Shown here: positions 1-13,335 of the stretch, piece by piece
How the letters are laid out: every line of letters starts with the position of its first letter
Position numbering within the stretch: the stretch's first letter is position 1
Assembly: GCA_964016885.1 (NCBI GenBank)
Contig: CAXHJY010000126.1
Span: 2,367 to 66,366, forward strand
Reading direction: 5' to 3'
Origin: Eledone cirrhosa
Lineage: Eukaryota
Length of the DNA stretch: 64,000 nucleotides
Program-made: the position numbers and the translations under genes
Notes under the pieces: model-generated
What the model was told of the DNA's origin: nothing
What the model saw: only the letters and a program-made list of their open reading frames with translations
Databases searched by the model: none

Positions 1-699
1 GAAAGTTATTTATTTTTTCGACAAATATTTATTATTCAAAATTATAAAAACCTCATAGTAGTATTACCTACGATTTTTTTTTTATTAAATATGGTCACTA
101 ACGGGTTAAGATAAGTAAGTAAATATGTAAGTAAGCCGAGGCAGTTATAGCAACGTAGCATGAGAACTGTGCTACTGAAAGTTGGGAAAGGAACAAAGAA
201 TCATCAAATAATATTTTCTTTTAGAATCGGCAAGAAGTCCTATTGAGGCTTTTTCTCGACTCTGTTAATAACATTATTCTTTTGACAGGAAAATGAAGTT
301 ATAGAATAATCTGTGATATTGTTCCAGAAACAATGATGCTATACAAATCAATAATGTTCTGTAGAGTTGCGGGATAAATATGACCTGCAAGAGAAACAAC
401 CACTGCTGATCTGAAAACTAAACTAGAAAAAATATTCCTGTAGTTGTGTACTAATTATCTCATGTATAAATCGATGAAACATAGTGCAGTAACTCTGTAG
501 GGCATGTTCTTCTTATACGTAACCGACTTGTTGTTGCTCTTGTTATGGCACTAGTCTGCTATAGTTAGGCAGAACTATAATCAAAAGCGTTCCATCCATG
601 ACAAGTCTGTTTCTTTTTCTTCCAATCATATTTTTTCGAGAAATAGTAAAAAACTTGTCGACTCTTCTGTTCATAATCTTCATGAACAGGATTGACATG

Positions 700-1470
700 T
701 GCAGCCGAGTCTGAATCAGCATCAGAGTTGTCGGATGTAGGATCAGTCGGCTGGAATTTTTAGACGGTCTGGTACTACTTAACTTCCCAGAAGGTTATCT
801 CCAATATGTACTTGATAGGGTTGCTGCTAGGTACTGCACGGCAGGAAGTAAAATCAGTGTTACGAAAACTAAGATATCCGTCCTCTCAAAGATGCAGTGC
901 ATGTTACATCTGAGTGGAGTTCCTCTGAAGCTGTCAGAGAAATTCAAGTATCTTGGGGCCGTTTACACGAGTAATGGAAGGCAGGAGCTGAAATAAATGC
1001 AAGAATTACTGAAGCTGATGTAGTAATGTGCCAGAAGAAGGGAGATAAGTGTAAAAGCCATACTATCTAACTAAATTCAGTATTCCTGCCAACCCTTATC
1101 TATGGTCATGAATCTTGGTCAATGACCGAAAAAATAAGATCGTAAATACAAGCGGCCGAGTTCCTCCGAAGAGTTTTTGGAGTAATATTACATTCCGTAG
1201 CTCAGATATCAGAGAACCGTTACAGGTAGAGCAGCTAATTCTCTAAATTGAGAGGTCACACCTCCGATACTACGGACATGGGGTTAGAATGTCTCAGGAA
1301 AGAATTGTTGGACGGATTTTACGGTCAAAACCAACCAGCAAGAGACCCAAACAGAACAAAATGGTTGCATAATATTCACGAGTTCAGCTGGTCTCATTTA
1401 GGGTTCCAGCCGGATTCAATGGTGACAGGACCTGTTTGAATGCGTGCTTGAGAACTCTTCCCCCTAGAAC
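700..1470 (+). pseudogene. Decayed RTE-clade (Expander/Rex3-like) LINE, C-terminal part of RT ORF
   Basis: Broken-frame translation gives EKFKYLGAVYTSNG, EINARITEA, SVFLPTLIYGHESWSMTEKIRS*IQAAE-FLRR, typical post-RT RTE motifs; stops and frameshifts; boundaries approximate. Confidence 0.75.
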
Positions 1471-1635
1471 CTCACATGAATAAGTAAGCAAAGAAATAGA
1501 AAATGATGTGATTCTGAATACAGGCACACTACGCAAAATCTGGGCAAGTGTCTTCTTCTAGAACTTCGGGTTAACTAATGCCAAGTGAGTGGAATTTGGT
1601 TGACGGATTCTGTAGAAGCCGTCACCCCTCATATA

Positions 1636-1674
<39 letters not shown>

Positions 1675-1680
<6 letters not shown>

Positions 1681-1963
1681 GTGAGGTTTTTTTTACAAAT
1701 TGAAAAATAACCGAGGTGTCCTACACGAGTGAAAGTATAAAGAAAAAGAGATGAAATCGAAAATGCAACTGGAGTCTTATTTTTTTTTTAAATATATATT
1801 TTTATTTGGTTCCTTTACCGGTTTCGCAGTTCTTCTGCTTTTCAAAAGGTGAGTTGAAAAGCAGAAGAACTGCGAAACCGGTAAAGGAACCAAATAAATA
1901 TATATATTTTTTAAAAAAATAAGACTCCAGTTGCATTTTCGATTTCATCTCTTTTTCTTTATA
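1675..1963. mobile_element. Fold-back mini-element (family A) in (TA)n, hammerhead-bearing
   Basis: Inverted arms ~1736-1845 and 1854-1963, 8-nt loop, one-sided ~60-nt tail 1675-1735, (TA)n on both flanks. Confidence 0.85.
1812..1849 (-). ncRNA. Minimal type I hammerhead ribozyme, U3-A8 core variant
   Basis: Reverse complement reads CCTT-TTGAAAA-GCAG aagaa CTGC-GAAA-CCGG-TA-AAGG (stem I 4 bp, stem II 4 bp, palindromic stem III). Confidence 0.7.
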
Positions 1964-1975
1964 TATATATATATA

Positions 1976-2155
1976 TAATTGTTTCTACTTTTGGCACAAG
2001 GCCAGCAATTACCCAGTGCATTACTGGTACTTTATTTTATCGACCCCGTAAGGATGAAAGGCAAAGTTAACCTCGGCGAGATTTGAACTCAGAATGGCAA
2101 GGACCGTAACTATGCGTCAAAGCATGGCGTCCGACTCTCTACCGATACTGCCAAT
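1976..2155 (-). mobile_element. tRNA-derived SINE (major family)
   Basis: Reverse complement of the copy at 37818-38005; box A/B-like motifs and conserved core GCCTTTCATCCTTACGGGGTCGATAAAATAAAGTACCAG. Confidence 0.85.
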
Positions 2156-4777
2156 ATTTTGTATAATCTTCAGCTTGTGCCCACTATTGATAATACAAAA
2201 TGGATGAGAGATAATCTCTTGGATAAAACATTAATCTACCACATTAAGATTTTCCCACAAGAACAGTTGAACCTGACACTCACGTCAACGAATCATTCGT
2301 AAAATTATCAGTACTGACGTTTATTTAAATAGTTTGGGCCATTTACATATTGTTTCCTGGCCACATACAAAACATAGGAAAGGATATGAAACCACCTACC
2401 TCTTAACTAGATAACCATTATCTTCCCTATCACCCCATTTTCAAATTTATTTAAAATTTCAATCTTTTTCAGACCACTGTTAGCAAATGATTAGTGTTTT
2501 CATTAGCTCTTTAAATATTTGTCATTTTGCAATCTGACTTTCACAACCACAGAAGTAATAATCTCTTTCTATGTATTGTGTACATATAATGTACACAATA
2601 CTTTAGTTTATATTTAGATAATAATAATGTCGGTATCAGAGAGCTATCCGATAAAACCTACTGTCATGCTTCCGGTGAATATGACGAGAACGAAACATAT
2701 TTTCTTACCTGATTTCGAGATGCCATTCTAATCCTGAATTTCAAAGATATTCTACATAACATAGGTTGGATATCACAGCCCAGTAAACTTTATTAATATT
2801 AGAGTGTGCATGTTACCTGTCACAGGAAATGGGACCATGTCGTTGTTTCTTTTCAGTTAAATAACAACTGAATCAAAGAAGACTATTCTATTTTTCAAAC
2901 GTGAAGTTCCATTGATCAATAGTTTTAACAATATATCATATAAGCCAATCAACTCGAAAACTACATAGCCTTAATGTAACCAAAATAACTCCATTTACAA
3001 TTCAAGATACAAATAATTTATTGAGCATGCAATGCAATAAATCCCCAAATATCCATTTAGTTGCATATTTCACTAGCAATTTGCATTAATAAGAACAGTG
3101 TGTGAAAATACTAAAGAGAAAACAACCAAAAAACTCTATATCAGTAATAGTAATAAAAGATATAGTAATGATTATTGTTTTACATTTATTGCTGTTTGAA
3201 CATACTATTGATTTGCGTTGAATGTTGCATGAGTGAATTTATTGTGGCGCACCACAAAAGGTTCTATATTTAGGACACGGAAAATTAGATGAGTTGAAAT
3301 TCCTGCTTTTCTCAGAAGATTTAAAATTGTAAATGAAACAAAATCTCTTCTTCTGGAGATTGAGATGTTGTACTCCAAATCTTATTTCTACTGTACCGTA
3401 CTCACCGCTCGAAACGTAAAAAGATATGGAAAAATAGAAGTCTAAACTCTACATAAACAATTCAAATTGACATACTTTGAAAGAACTCATTTTAATAGTT
3501 TACAGTTGATATTCTAGTGAATTCTGTCACTTATAACGAATCTCTTATTAAACAGGCAAGAGTATAATTAATCTTAACGGGCTATACATGAACTAATATA
3601 TAAAGAACTGATAAGAAACTACCTTGAGCATCATTTAAAATAGGGATTGGAACTTATAACTTCATCTATTAATCTTTATTTCTCCATTTTATTTTGTTTA
3701 GTTGTTATATGTTACCACAAAGTAAGCATGTCTACTATTAAAATAGAATCAATCAGCTACTAGTGTTATCTTTGTATACCATGTCTCACCCTCAACTTTC
3801 ACACAAAATTATCAGTTATTGACATTCCTGCTTCTCAACATGTTTCCATACTCTCATTTGACGATAATCAACCCACACTATTCTCTTCCTTTTTATGATT
3901 ATGATCATCACCTGTTGATGACCAGAATCAACCAAATGGGTTTCTTTTGTTCTTCCTCATACTTGGATTATAACAGCTACGGGCTTAACTCTCTTTCATA
4001 AAGATGACTTACTAACTTAATTAGTTAAATTCAAATTCATCTAAGGTTCTGTATAATAAATATTTTGTCTTTAATGTTTCCATATTAATTGTTATAAGTT
4101 AATAATTAGATAACCTCCATAAAACCATTACAATTCAAATAGTCATTAACTCTTTGATCTTATACGGCTTCCGCTGTAGCTCTCATTTCAAATATGGAGA
4201 TCATTCTCCACTGCCGCACAAAGTTGCGGTAATTGACAAGGGGCTCTACTGAAAGTTAAAAATGATCAAAGATTTCTGCATATTTGACATTATCAAAATA
4301 CCCTGATAGTAAACCAAGTGCAAACACTAGTTCAGTATCATCGCTACTATTTGTTACATATTATACATCTAATGTAAAAGGTCTCTAGTGTCATCGAATT
4401 AGAACACTGAAGCAAGTAATCATGAATAAATGCTTGTAATTTTCTCTACTATTCAAAATGACGGTACTAGAAGTACATAAAACTGCATTTGCAGACGACT
4501 GGAGAACTTACTAGTCGAAACGTAATTCTGTTACAGTGAAATCTACAGAGGATATATATATATTAATTGCCAAGAAATATATAAAGGTATCTGTTTCTTC
4601 CTTATATTGATTGTCATCTCTCTTGCCGCTAATCATTAAGTGAATATTGTCGAATGAGGCTATGGAAGAAAACAGCCACCACGATGGATCACAATGGACA
4701 TTAGCTATTGCTTTCTCTCCCAGAGAAATGTCTCTTTATAGTATACTGTCAAACTAATATTAACAAGAATAACAAGA

Positions 4778-4977
4778 ATAATTGTTTCTATTTTAGGCAC
4801 AAAGCCAGCAATTAAATAAACTCCAGTGCATTACTGGTGCTTTATTTTATTGAACCCGTATGAATGAAAAGCAAAGCTAACCTCAGTGGAATTTGAAATC
4901 AGAACGTAAATGGCTGTAACTCTATGTCGCGAAGCATGGTGTCCGACGCTCTACCGATACTGCCAATCCACCGCCCA
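4778..4977 (-). mobile_element. tRNA-derived SINE (major family)
   Basis: Full-length similarity to the other copies, ends in ...GCCAATCCACCGCC. Confidence 0.85.
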
Positions 4978-5077
4978 ATAATTATAATAATAATGACAGG
5001 ACTAGGAAAACACTTGGCAAGAAAAGGAAATAAAACTGACGGAATAGGAAAAATATGAACAATAATGATAATAATAT

Positions 5078-5168
5078 ATATTTATTTGCCACAAGGGCGC
5101 AGAATGACGGGGATATTACAAGAGCATGTTACATAGTGTGGGGTTATAGGGAAATCGGATTAATTAAA

Positions 5169-5212
<44 letters not shown>

Positions 5213-5620
5213 TACATGATGAAACAGTCCTGATACAAGGAAGTTTCCAGACGGCTACCCTTTCTCCCATACATTTTTTTCTGACAAACATTCTTGCTCT
5301 GTTTGCTAACACACTCCTAACGTTTCGCCACAGACACTCATCTTTTAAAGACATCCCTCTCTACCTTTACCAAGTGTAACTTTAAAAGGCCGATGAGAAC
5401 TTGACCGAGCAGAAAAATGTCTGCACTCAATCCTCTCAACTACATCGACCACATGACATCTTTCGCCATAGCCACCAACCAGAAGAAAACTGTTTGTTTA
5501 TCCCTGATGAAGGATAGAGGTTGGTAACCTTGACGATGGATTCACTCGATAATCGGATCCATTCAACGCACGTAAGAAGCTCTTCAGGCACAATGATACA
5601 TTTCATCGTTGGACAATGTT
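5078..5620 (-). pseudogene. Old 3' fragment of an L1/Tx1-type LINE related to 29641-32796
   Basis: TTTATTTGCCACAAGGGC matches the 3' end GCCCTAGTGGCAAATAAA of the long copy; minus translation FFWLVAMAKDVMWS..LRGL...FL.GQ.L matches [20 protein letters not shown]...FLSGQQL. Confidence 0.8.
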
Positions 5621-7961
5621 GATGAAATGTTTTATGTTTGAATTTAATTCTAGTACGATTATGATGAATATTTCAGTTAGTATGCAGAGTTTGCTTAACC
5701 AGCCGAAATTCTGTTCATTTGTTCAGCTTTTTCTAACATTAGTTAGAATATGATTGCATAATTATAGCTAACGTAGAAAAATAGAAAGAAAATACATCCT
5801 TCGTGAAAATAGCTTTGATTCATGAGAATCACTCTGTTATGTATTTTGACAGTCGGAACAGGTAAACATACACTGAAAGCTGTTATCTACGAAAATGAAA
5901 CGATCAGTTTAAGAAAATTTTCACTTGAGCTGGCATTGAGTTTAACTTATTTTGCATTAACTGATTTCTTTCTTCGCATTTCGTTAAACTCAAAATTTGG
6001 ATATCATACAGAACAAATGAGCAAAGTGAAAATAAAGCCCGTTGGTTTTAAAAAGCAAAAGAAAATAAATTTCAGAAGGACCTGAAGGACCTAATAATAT
6101 TCCATTAATATAAAAATAAGGACATTTCATATTGGTAATATAATTTTCATTTCATATTGGTAATATAATTACAAATTTTAGCTTACAAGTTACTGGAATG
6201 GTGATCTCATATCACATTCTTACTGCTGAATGATATGTTAAATTTTATTTTGACAATTATATACTCTTTTTTTACGTACAAATAAAAACTGCCCTTGTGA
6301 TAATACTTTTATTTAAGCAATTCTTTTTTGGAATACAAAGATGGTTAAGCAAAACTTCAGAATGTCATACATTTGACACAGGCATAGTTGTGTGTTTAGA
6401 GTGGGCACGTTGCCATCGTAAGGTACTGAGTTTGATTGGGCAAGTATCGTTTACTATAGCCTTGGACAGACCCAATCGTTGTAATTGAAATTAGATACGA
6501 TGATTTGTTCTAACTTTCATGAGGTATATTTAACTGTCGTCAAATTTAACTACCGAGCCGCAAAGAAATAATTAATTTGTTTAAAATTATATAGTAGATA
6601 GATTGAATATTAGTTTTTAATTTTAAAAGATTTACATGCGAGTCAAAAGATTATACACGTTTTCTTCCATTTAATAAATTGTTCTCTTTATTATTGCTCT
6701 CTTTATCAAAATGATCTTAAATTACACCTATGTGAAAATACCGATCCACGGAAACATGGTCCGGCATGAAGCCGGTCCGTGGTATAAAAGAATTTGGAGA
6801 CCACTGCTCTAAAAGGCATTACGAAATAGTCACGAGCTCCTCCCGTTCTCTACTGACTAAGTTATAAAAACAAAACAAAGAGTATGAACTTTATAAACTA
6901 GAATACTGAGAACGTTGGGCGGAAAATTGGCAGATTTAGATTAAATTAAATACTGTATTGCTTCTGGCTTTCTGCGATCTAATTCAAATGCTACCCAGCT
7001 CAATTTTGTCTTTCGTCGTTCGGGATTGATAAATGAAGTACCAGTCCAGGGTGTTGAATTGATTGGAATGTTAGATTGTCGGACAGGAGGCCATGCAAGA
7101 GATATTCCAGTTCTGTGCCTTCTGAGTACAAATCCCGCCTCATGTTATCGTACATAGAGGCCCCAGTCCTAACACGTTCCTATGAAATATAACCACATAG
7201 AGAGCTGATTATACTTACACACGCGTAAGCTGTAGCAACAACAACTACAACATGAAACATTTAACATGCTTGCTTGATATTATATTTTATGTTTCACCTA
7301 CATTATATCAATATATATTTCCCTTTCTCTAATTTGATGACCTATGAATTTCCACAACGAATTTCCATTTTAGCTAGACCATTGAGAATTTCCGTTTTCA
7401 TTTTCTTTTCTTTCTTGTTTATCATTGCTGTTATTGAGATGCGCTAATTAGAGACACACTGTCATATATTGCCTCTTCTTCAGGACAAAATAAATTACCT
7501 TTCCCTCTTCTTTTTTTTCTTTTCATTTTCCTTTTCTTTCTTTTTTTGTGCTTTTGTTTCGTTTTGTTAGAAAACAACACGCTATACAGCAAAGAGTTGG
7601 AACACAATAAATTGCTAAATGTACCTTATAGTTCTCACTTGGTATTTTATCGTTGCTGTCTAACTGAAAAGCATATATTCATATGTTAATATTTCATCAC
7701 AGCCAAACTTCTTAGCGTCAAATTATTCATTAAATCTGGGAGATTCGTCGAATCTTGTTTTACTGATTAACTGTTGAAAATTTGTTGCAACGTTTCCGCT
7801 TTAGCAAGCTTATTCTCTCACTTGCTAATTGAGCCACGAAACTAAGTTACTGAACTAATTGAAGCCTCTTCTTTGTTCATTATTACACTCATATCCTTTT
7901 GGCTCTAACAAATAAAATCTCCTTCACACGCGCATATATTGTTTTCTGTGTATTTATACAA

Positions 7962-8129
7962 TTATATATATATATATATACACACATATATATATATATG
8001 TGTGTGTGTGTGTGGAGGGGATATGGAAAGAGAGAGAGAGTGAGTGTATGTACGTATGTATATATATATATATATATGTTTGTGTGTGTGTGTGGAGGGG
8101 ATAGGGAAAGAGAGAGAGAGTGAGTGTAT

Positions 8130-8220
<91 letters not shown>

Positions 8221-8223
8221 CGC
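7962..8223. repeat. Compound (TA)n/(TG)n/(AG)n microsatellite with a short duplicated unit
   Basis: Directly visible; GTGTGGAGGGGATA.GGAAAGAGAGAGAG.GTGAGTGTATG occurs twice. Confidence 0.95.
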
Positions 8224-8904
8224 ATTGGCCTCTGTTTTATTTGTTTCTGTGTCTATCTGCGTGCGTGTTTTTGTGCTAGGTTGTAATTATCCATATGAAG
8301 ATGCTACAAATGAAAACGTGTTGAGTATAGAGTTCACAGCAAACATTGAAGCGAAAAATATCTTTACTTTTATATCATTCCTTTTTATTGAAACTTTCGC
8401 CGACATTTTATGGTCATTTCTTTTATTTCTTCGCCATGAGTTGATATATCGATATTGGGAGGAAAATATAAAGCAAAGTCATTTGTGAGTCTCTCTTTTC
8501 AAGAATTTATTTTTCAAAATAGACGATTCCTGCAACTTTTGATTTGATTATTTTACCTGACAGTTTCTACATGCCATCCTTTCTAGAATTCAAGAAATAA
8601 GTACCAATGGAGTACTGGAGTATATTTAATCATCTTTACTTTGTAACTACTATATATCATTATAAGTTATTTAAAAGGTATTGGTGGTTGAAGTGAATAA
8701 GCGAGAGTCCAAAATATATGATAGTGCAGTACCTATATGAACACAACCACAAGGATATGGTCCGAACGTGAAAGAGCCGAACTCCCACTGTCATCGCCTC
8801 CATCTCTCTCGCCCCTCGCCCCCCTCCAATCTCTAGGTATGGTGAGCAAATGGGGTTCCACGTGCTGGCCTCCCCACAGCCCCGGCAGATAGAATGTAGA
8901 AGCA

Positions 8905-9500
8905 CACACAAGGCCAACAATTTTACTGATACTTCCTTTTATCGACCCCGTAAGGATGAAAGGCATAGCTAACCTCTGCAGGATTTGAACTCAGAACGCA
9001 AAAGGCCGTAACTCTATGCTACACAAATATCATACCAAGTACTTGACGGGTAATTATTTTATTAACCACGGAAGGATGAAAGTGACGTTGCAGGAATTAA
9101 ACTTTGAATGTTAAGATACGTGACTGCTTAACTCAATTTATATGATTCGGCGTCCTATTATTTCCACCTACATACCACACTCCTTTATGTACTTAATGAG
9201 TGTATTGAAATAAATACCAGTAACACACTGCAGTCAATTTAATGGACTTTTCCTTCTCTCAAAATGTTTGGCCTTGTGCCTGAATCAGAAACCATTATTG
9301 TTACAAGGGCAGTGGATTGGCGATATCGGTAAAACATCGGACAGCATGCTCTACGGCGTAGAGTTATGGCCATTTACGTTCTGATTTCGCCGAAATTAGA
9401 TTTGCCTTTCATCCTGAGATTGCTAGTTCGATTCCCGGACCGGGCCATGTGTTATGTCTTTGAGCAAGACACTTTATTTCACGTTGCTCTATCTCTGCCA
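8905..9500. mobile_element. Cluster of partial SINE copies in both orientations, including a second tRNA-headed family (GTTCGATTCCCGG..TTGAGCAAGACACTTTATTTCAC)
   Basis: Similarity to the SINE copies at 37818 and 37070. Confidence 0.7.
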
Positions 9501-10877
9501 GAAGTTACGACCGCTACATAGTATCAGCAATGGAAAGACCAATGGAAACATAATTTCTTTGGTTGATTTGACGAGTCCCACCCCATACGGTAAGTGGATA
9601 AGATCTGGGATATTATCGATCGTTTCCGAAAGAAAAAGGAGTTTATTTTCTATACCTAGAGTATACAGGCTTCCTTATTATCTCGCGTTGAAAACTAAAA
9701 TCAGTACGTGGACGAATGAAAGTACGTAAATATTGCCAGGAGTTAAAAGCCGACTCCCTATCATTGCTAGCAAAGACTAATCAGGAATTTAACAAATGCG
9801 CATCTTCCGAGACAAGAACTGATAGTATGTTATGTTGTATATATTTTGTCTTGTTGATTTATAGATTTTAACAGTCAACTAAACGTCCGTTCTTTATCCG
9901 AAAAGATATGTACTGCGTTCATTAATATACTGATATATTCATAACACGAATACAACTTGTATTGCTTACTATATATTGGTGGGTATATTCACATGTCTAT
10001 CCACGAAGATATAGACGTCAATCTCTAAAGATTTGCATACATCTGTATAAATCTTGTGTACCTATATCAGAGATCAGACTTAGTTTGACAATACATTGCT
10101 TCTCAAATCACAAATTTAATCTTTGCTTTGACAAAGGTATTTCAAAAACAAACTGGTTGAAAACGTTGCTGTCATATTTCGTATGAAATTTAATAATAAT
10201 AAGGATTTCTGATTTAGGAGCAAGGCCAACAATTTTGGGGTGGAAAAAGTCGATTATATCGACCCAGTACGTTACTGGTGCTTTACTTTATCGACCCCGT
10301 AAAGATGAAAGGTAAAGCTGGCGTAATTATTAACGCAGTAATATGTTTTACGGCAGATGAGGAATACATTCTCATTATGTCTGTCTGTGTGTGTGTAATA
10401 TATTTATGTGCAACTTATTTTTTTTCTTACAAACCTTTCAACCCCCTTAACCTTAATACCCAACACCTCTTCCTATAATCTGCTCTGTCATATATTTTCT
10501 ATTACACACTAAACATTCTCCCTTTATCCTGTCGCAAACTCGTTAATACATTCACGCTTACATACAAATCAGTTAGATTATTTACACGTACACAATATGA
10601 ACTCCAACATATATACACACGTTTACATTTAATCATACACTCACACATACAAATCCACACATCTCACGGTCATACGCTAACACTGCCAGATACTTTACAC
10701 ACACACACACAACATAACTTCAACGCATATATAATGTACACTCATTTCCAACTTATATTCACTCACACATACTAGTCCACTACTACATACCACAAGAATA
10801 TATGCATAACACACTAACTTTGCTACTTTACCTTAAAAAAACACACACACACACCTTTAAACATACACATACTCACA

Positions 10878-11389
10878 CAAGGGCCTTGTTTCAGGGAGGT
10901 ACCAGGTGACAAGTCCCCCCCCCCCCACACACACACACACACACTTTTTCAAACGTCTATGTTTTATTTTTTGTTTATTTGATATAATAAATTCTTTTTA
11001 AGCTTATTTTTTTATATCTGAACTTCACTTGAATATATAAAATTTAATTAGCGTAAAATGTTACTTATGTGATAACGTTTTATTTATTCGACAAATTTCA
11101 ATTCGGTTATATAATGTTTGCAATAAGAAAAAGATAAAGAAGGAGGGGGAAAAAATTAAATAACGAAAGTAAGGAAAAGGTTTAAGGGAAGGGAGAAAGG
11201 CAATGTCTAAATAAAAGAAGAGGAAAAAAAACTGTGTGGAAACTTAAGAATGAATATCAAACAGTACTAAAATAAAACAAACAAACAAATGAGATAGGGT
11301 CCGGCAATTTATGCTCCTTTAAGAATCAACAGATGTTGGTTTGTTCCCCTCCCCATATACACACATTTTTAAGGCAAACGAGGCCCCTG
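10878..11389. mobile_element. Putative MITE with 14-bp TIRs and 6-bp TSD
   Basis: CAAGGGCCTTGTTT ... AAACGAGGCCCCTG (12/14 inverted match), flanked by CTCACA on both sides. Confidence 0.55.
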
Positions 11390-13077
11390 CTCACACATAT
11401 ATCGACATTAATTCTCACACATTTCACTTTGCGTTCCAAATTCGTTACCAAGACTACCTAACGGTTTGTCTTCTTTACACTCTATATTTTCGTTTTTTTT
11501 CTTCTGTACTTTAATTGGACTACCTTTCATTTTCTACATCTTCCTTTGTGATCCTCTTTCTCTTCTTGTACTCCTGAAGAAGGGCTAAAGCTTGACACGT
11601 CAAACTTTCTTTCCCCTTTATCACATAAAGCATGAAACTAATAAGACTGCTTTGAACCTCTGTTGTTTCCTTGAACTGTGTATATATATTTATATGTGTG
11701 TGTGTGTCTATTAATTTATTTATGTATATATGTGTATGCGTGTTCATAGATGATTATAATTATACAGATATAAGACAAAGATGGGATGGTGACAGTAAGC
11801 ATAACCATTATATCGTATAGATAATAAATCATTATTTTACTAAGTTATTTTATTAATTTTTCATTTATTCTACATTACTATTGTAAGATTCACTCGTGAA
11901 TTTCATATTACATTATCTGATAGCCTAATAGAAATGGCAACCAGGCTGATATCTGTTACAAGTAGATGATGGTCATGTTTAACCTCAAGTTGAAATTCCT
12001 CTTGAAAATATTATGAAGGCGTGATATTAACCTCTCCGACCTGTCAAATTACCCACCAATTGCCCTCATCGCAAACATGTCCATAGTGACACGACGAGAT
12101 TATAGTTGTACGTTTTCTATAACACTTTTTACTTTCATTCTCTTCTCAGCAACTATCAATATATATTTTGTATGTCGTGACCTTCTCTGACATACTCCCC
12201 TCGTTTACAAATTAATGGTCACTTGCCATCATTAACCTTAGAAACACCAGAAAACCTTTCAGAAGTATTTGACCTAAAAAAAATCCTAGTTAAGCACCCT
12301 ATCTAAAACGTCATATGAACAAATGTCCGGCCCCTTTCCTAAGTATGACAGCTTCTGTAGATAAAACCTTCCCTTTCTCCGATACCTACAGACCTGGACA
12401 TTTTTTCAAGCCATGTCACCACTTGAAAATGTCTCTCTCCTTTACACTGGTCACCTATTATTATCATTTCCAACTCTAGACCATTGAACTATTTATTAAC
12501 CATCACTCTGGTCATTTAGAACGTCTACAACCCCGGTTCTCAGATTACAGTCTTATTAGGTCCTGTTTTCAATGCTGCCCTTACTCTCTAGGAATAAGGA
12601 CATTTGATATAGTCTATAACATAATCTAGTAATGTTTCAAAACACAGACATTACTCATCTACACAAATTGAATTGTTCCCTTACTGGCTTGTCAATTACA
12701 ACGCCATATATATAATAAAATTATCTTTTATAACCAGTTCTGTAAATTCCATAATAAGCCCATCATAAAACGCAGAGAATGAGTTTCTTTTTAGACTAAA
12801 ATGTATGTATGACTATGTTTATATTGTTGGTGTTGAGTCGCTGCTGTTAAATGAGAAAATAATGCAACAGAATGACGTGATATTAGAATAATACCAAAAT
12901 GGTAAACCAGATGATAGGTGTCTAGTTGCTGGATTAGGTTTTAATGCTAAATGGTTTAGACTGATGAGTCGGCAGAAATAGGTACTCATTTCTGGCACTT
13001 CATATATCTGTACAGTTGAGCATTAAAATCTAAACCAAGGCAATTATCGCTTTATATATATATATATATATATATAT

Positions 13078-13335
13078 TTATTATACTTATTCACATGACA
13101 GTCATCAACCAACCAAATTACTTTTCTAAAAACCTAGCATTTCGAGCCACTTTTTCCATATAAAACAGAAGTAACATTCGAACACCAACCAGATGCGAGA
13201 AAAACCACAAACCCTCCATCTCAATTCTACTTTTGAAAAGCACAAGAACTGCGAAACCGGTAAAGGAACCAAATAAATATTTTTTTTTTTTTAAAAGACT
13301 CCAGTTGCATTATCGATTTCATCTTTTTTCCTTAT
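13078..13335 (+). mobile_element. Family A element, single (non-folded) copy in (TA)n; HHR fold at 13229-13266
   Basis: 3' ~100 nt nearly identical to arm 1854-1963, including TTGAAAA..GAAACCGGTAAAGG; ends at the same point; (TA)n flanks. Confidence 0.8.

Noticed and set aside
4488-4530. CAGACGACTGG..CTAGTCGAAACG hammerhead-like trace
   Set aside because: Core spacing is wrong and there is no convincing stem I or stem III
7440-7870. Cluster of CTAATT(A/G) homeodomain-like sites
   Set aside because: Expected by chance in AT-rich DNA; no conservation data available
12961-12990. CTGATGA..GAAA as a hammerhead
   Set aside because: No stem II or stem I can be formed; the motif appears incidental within a decayed palindrome arm
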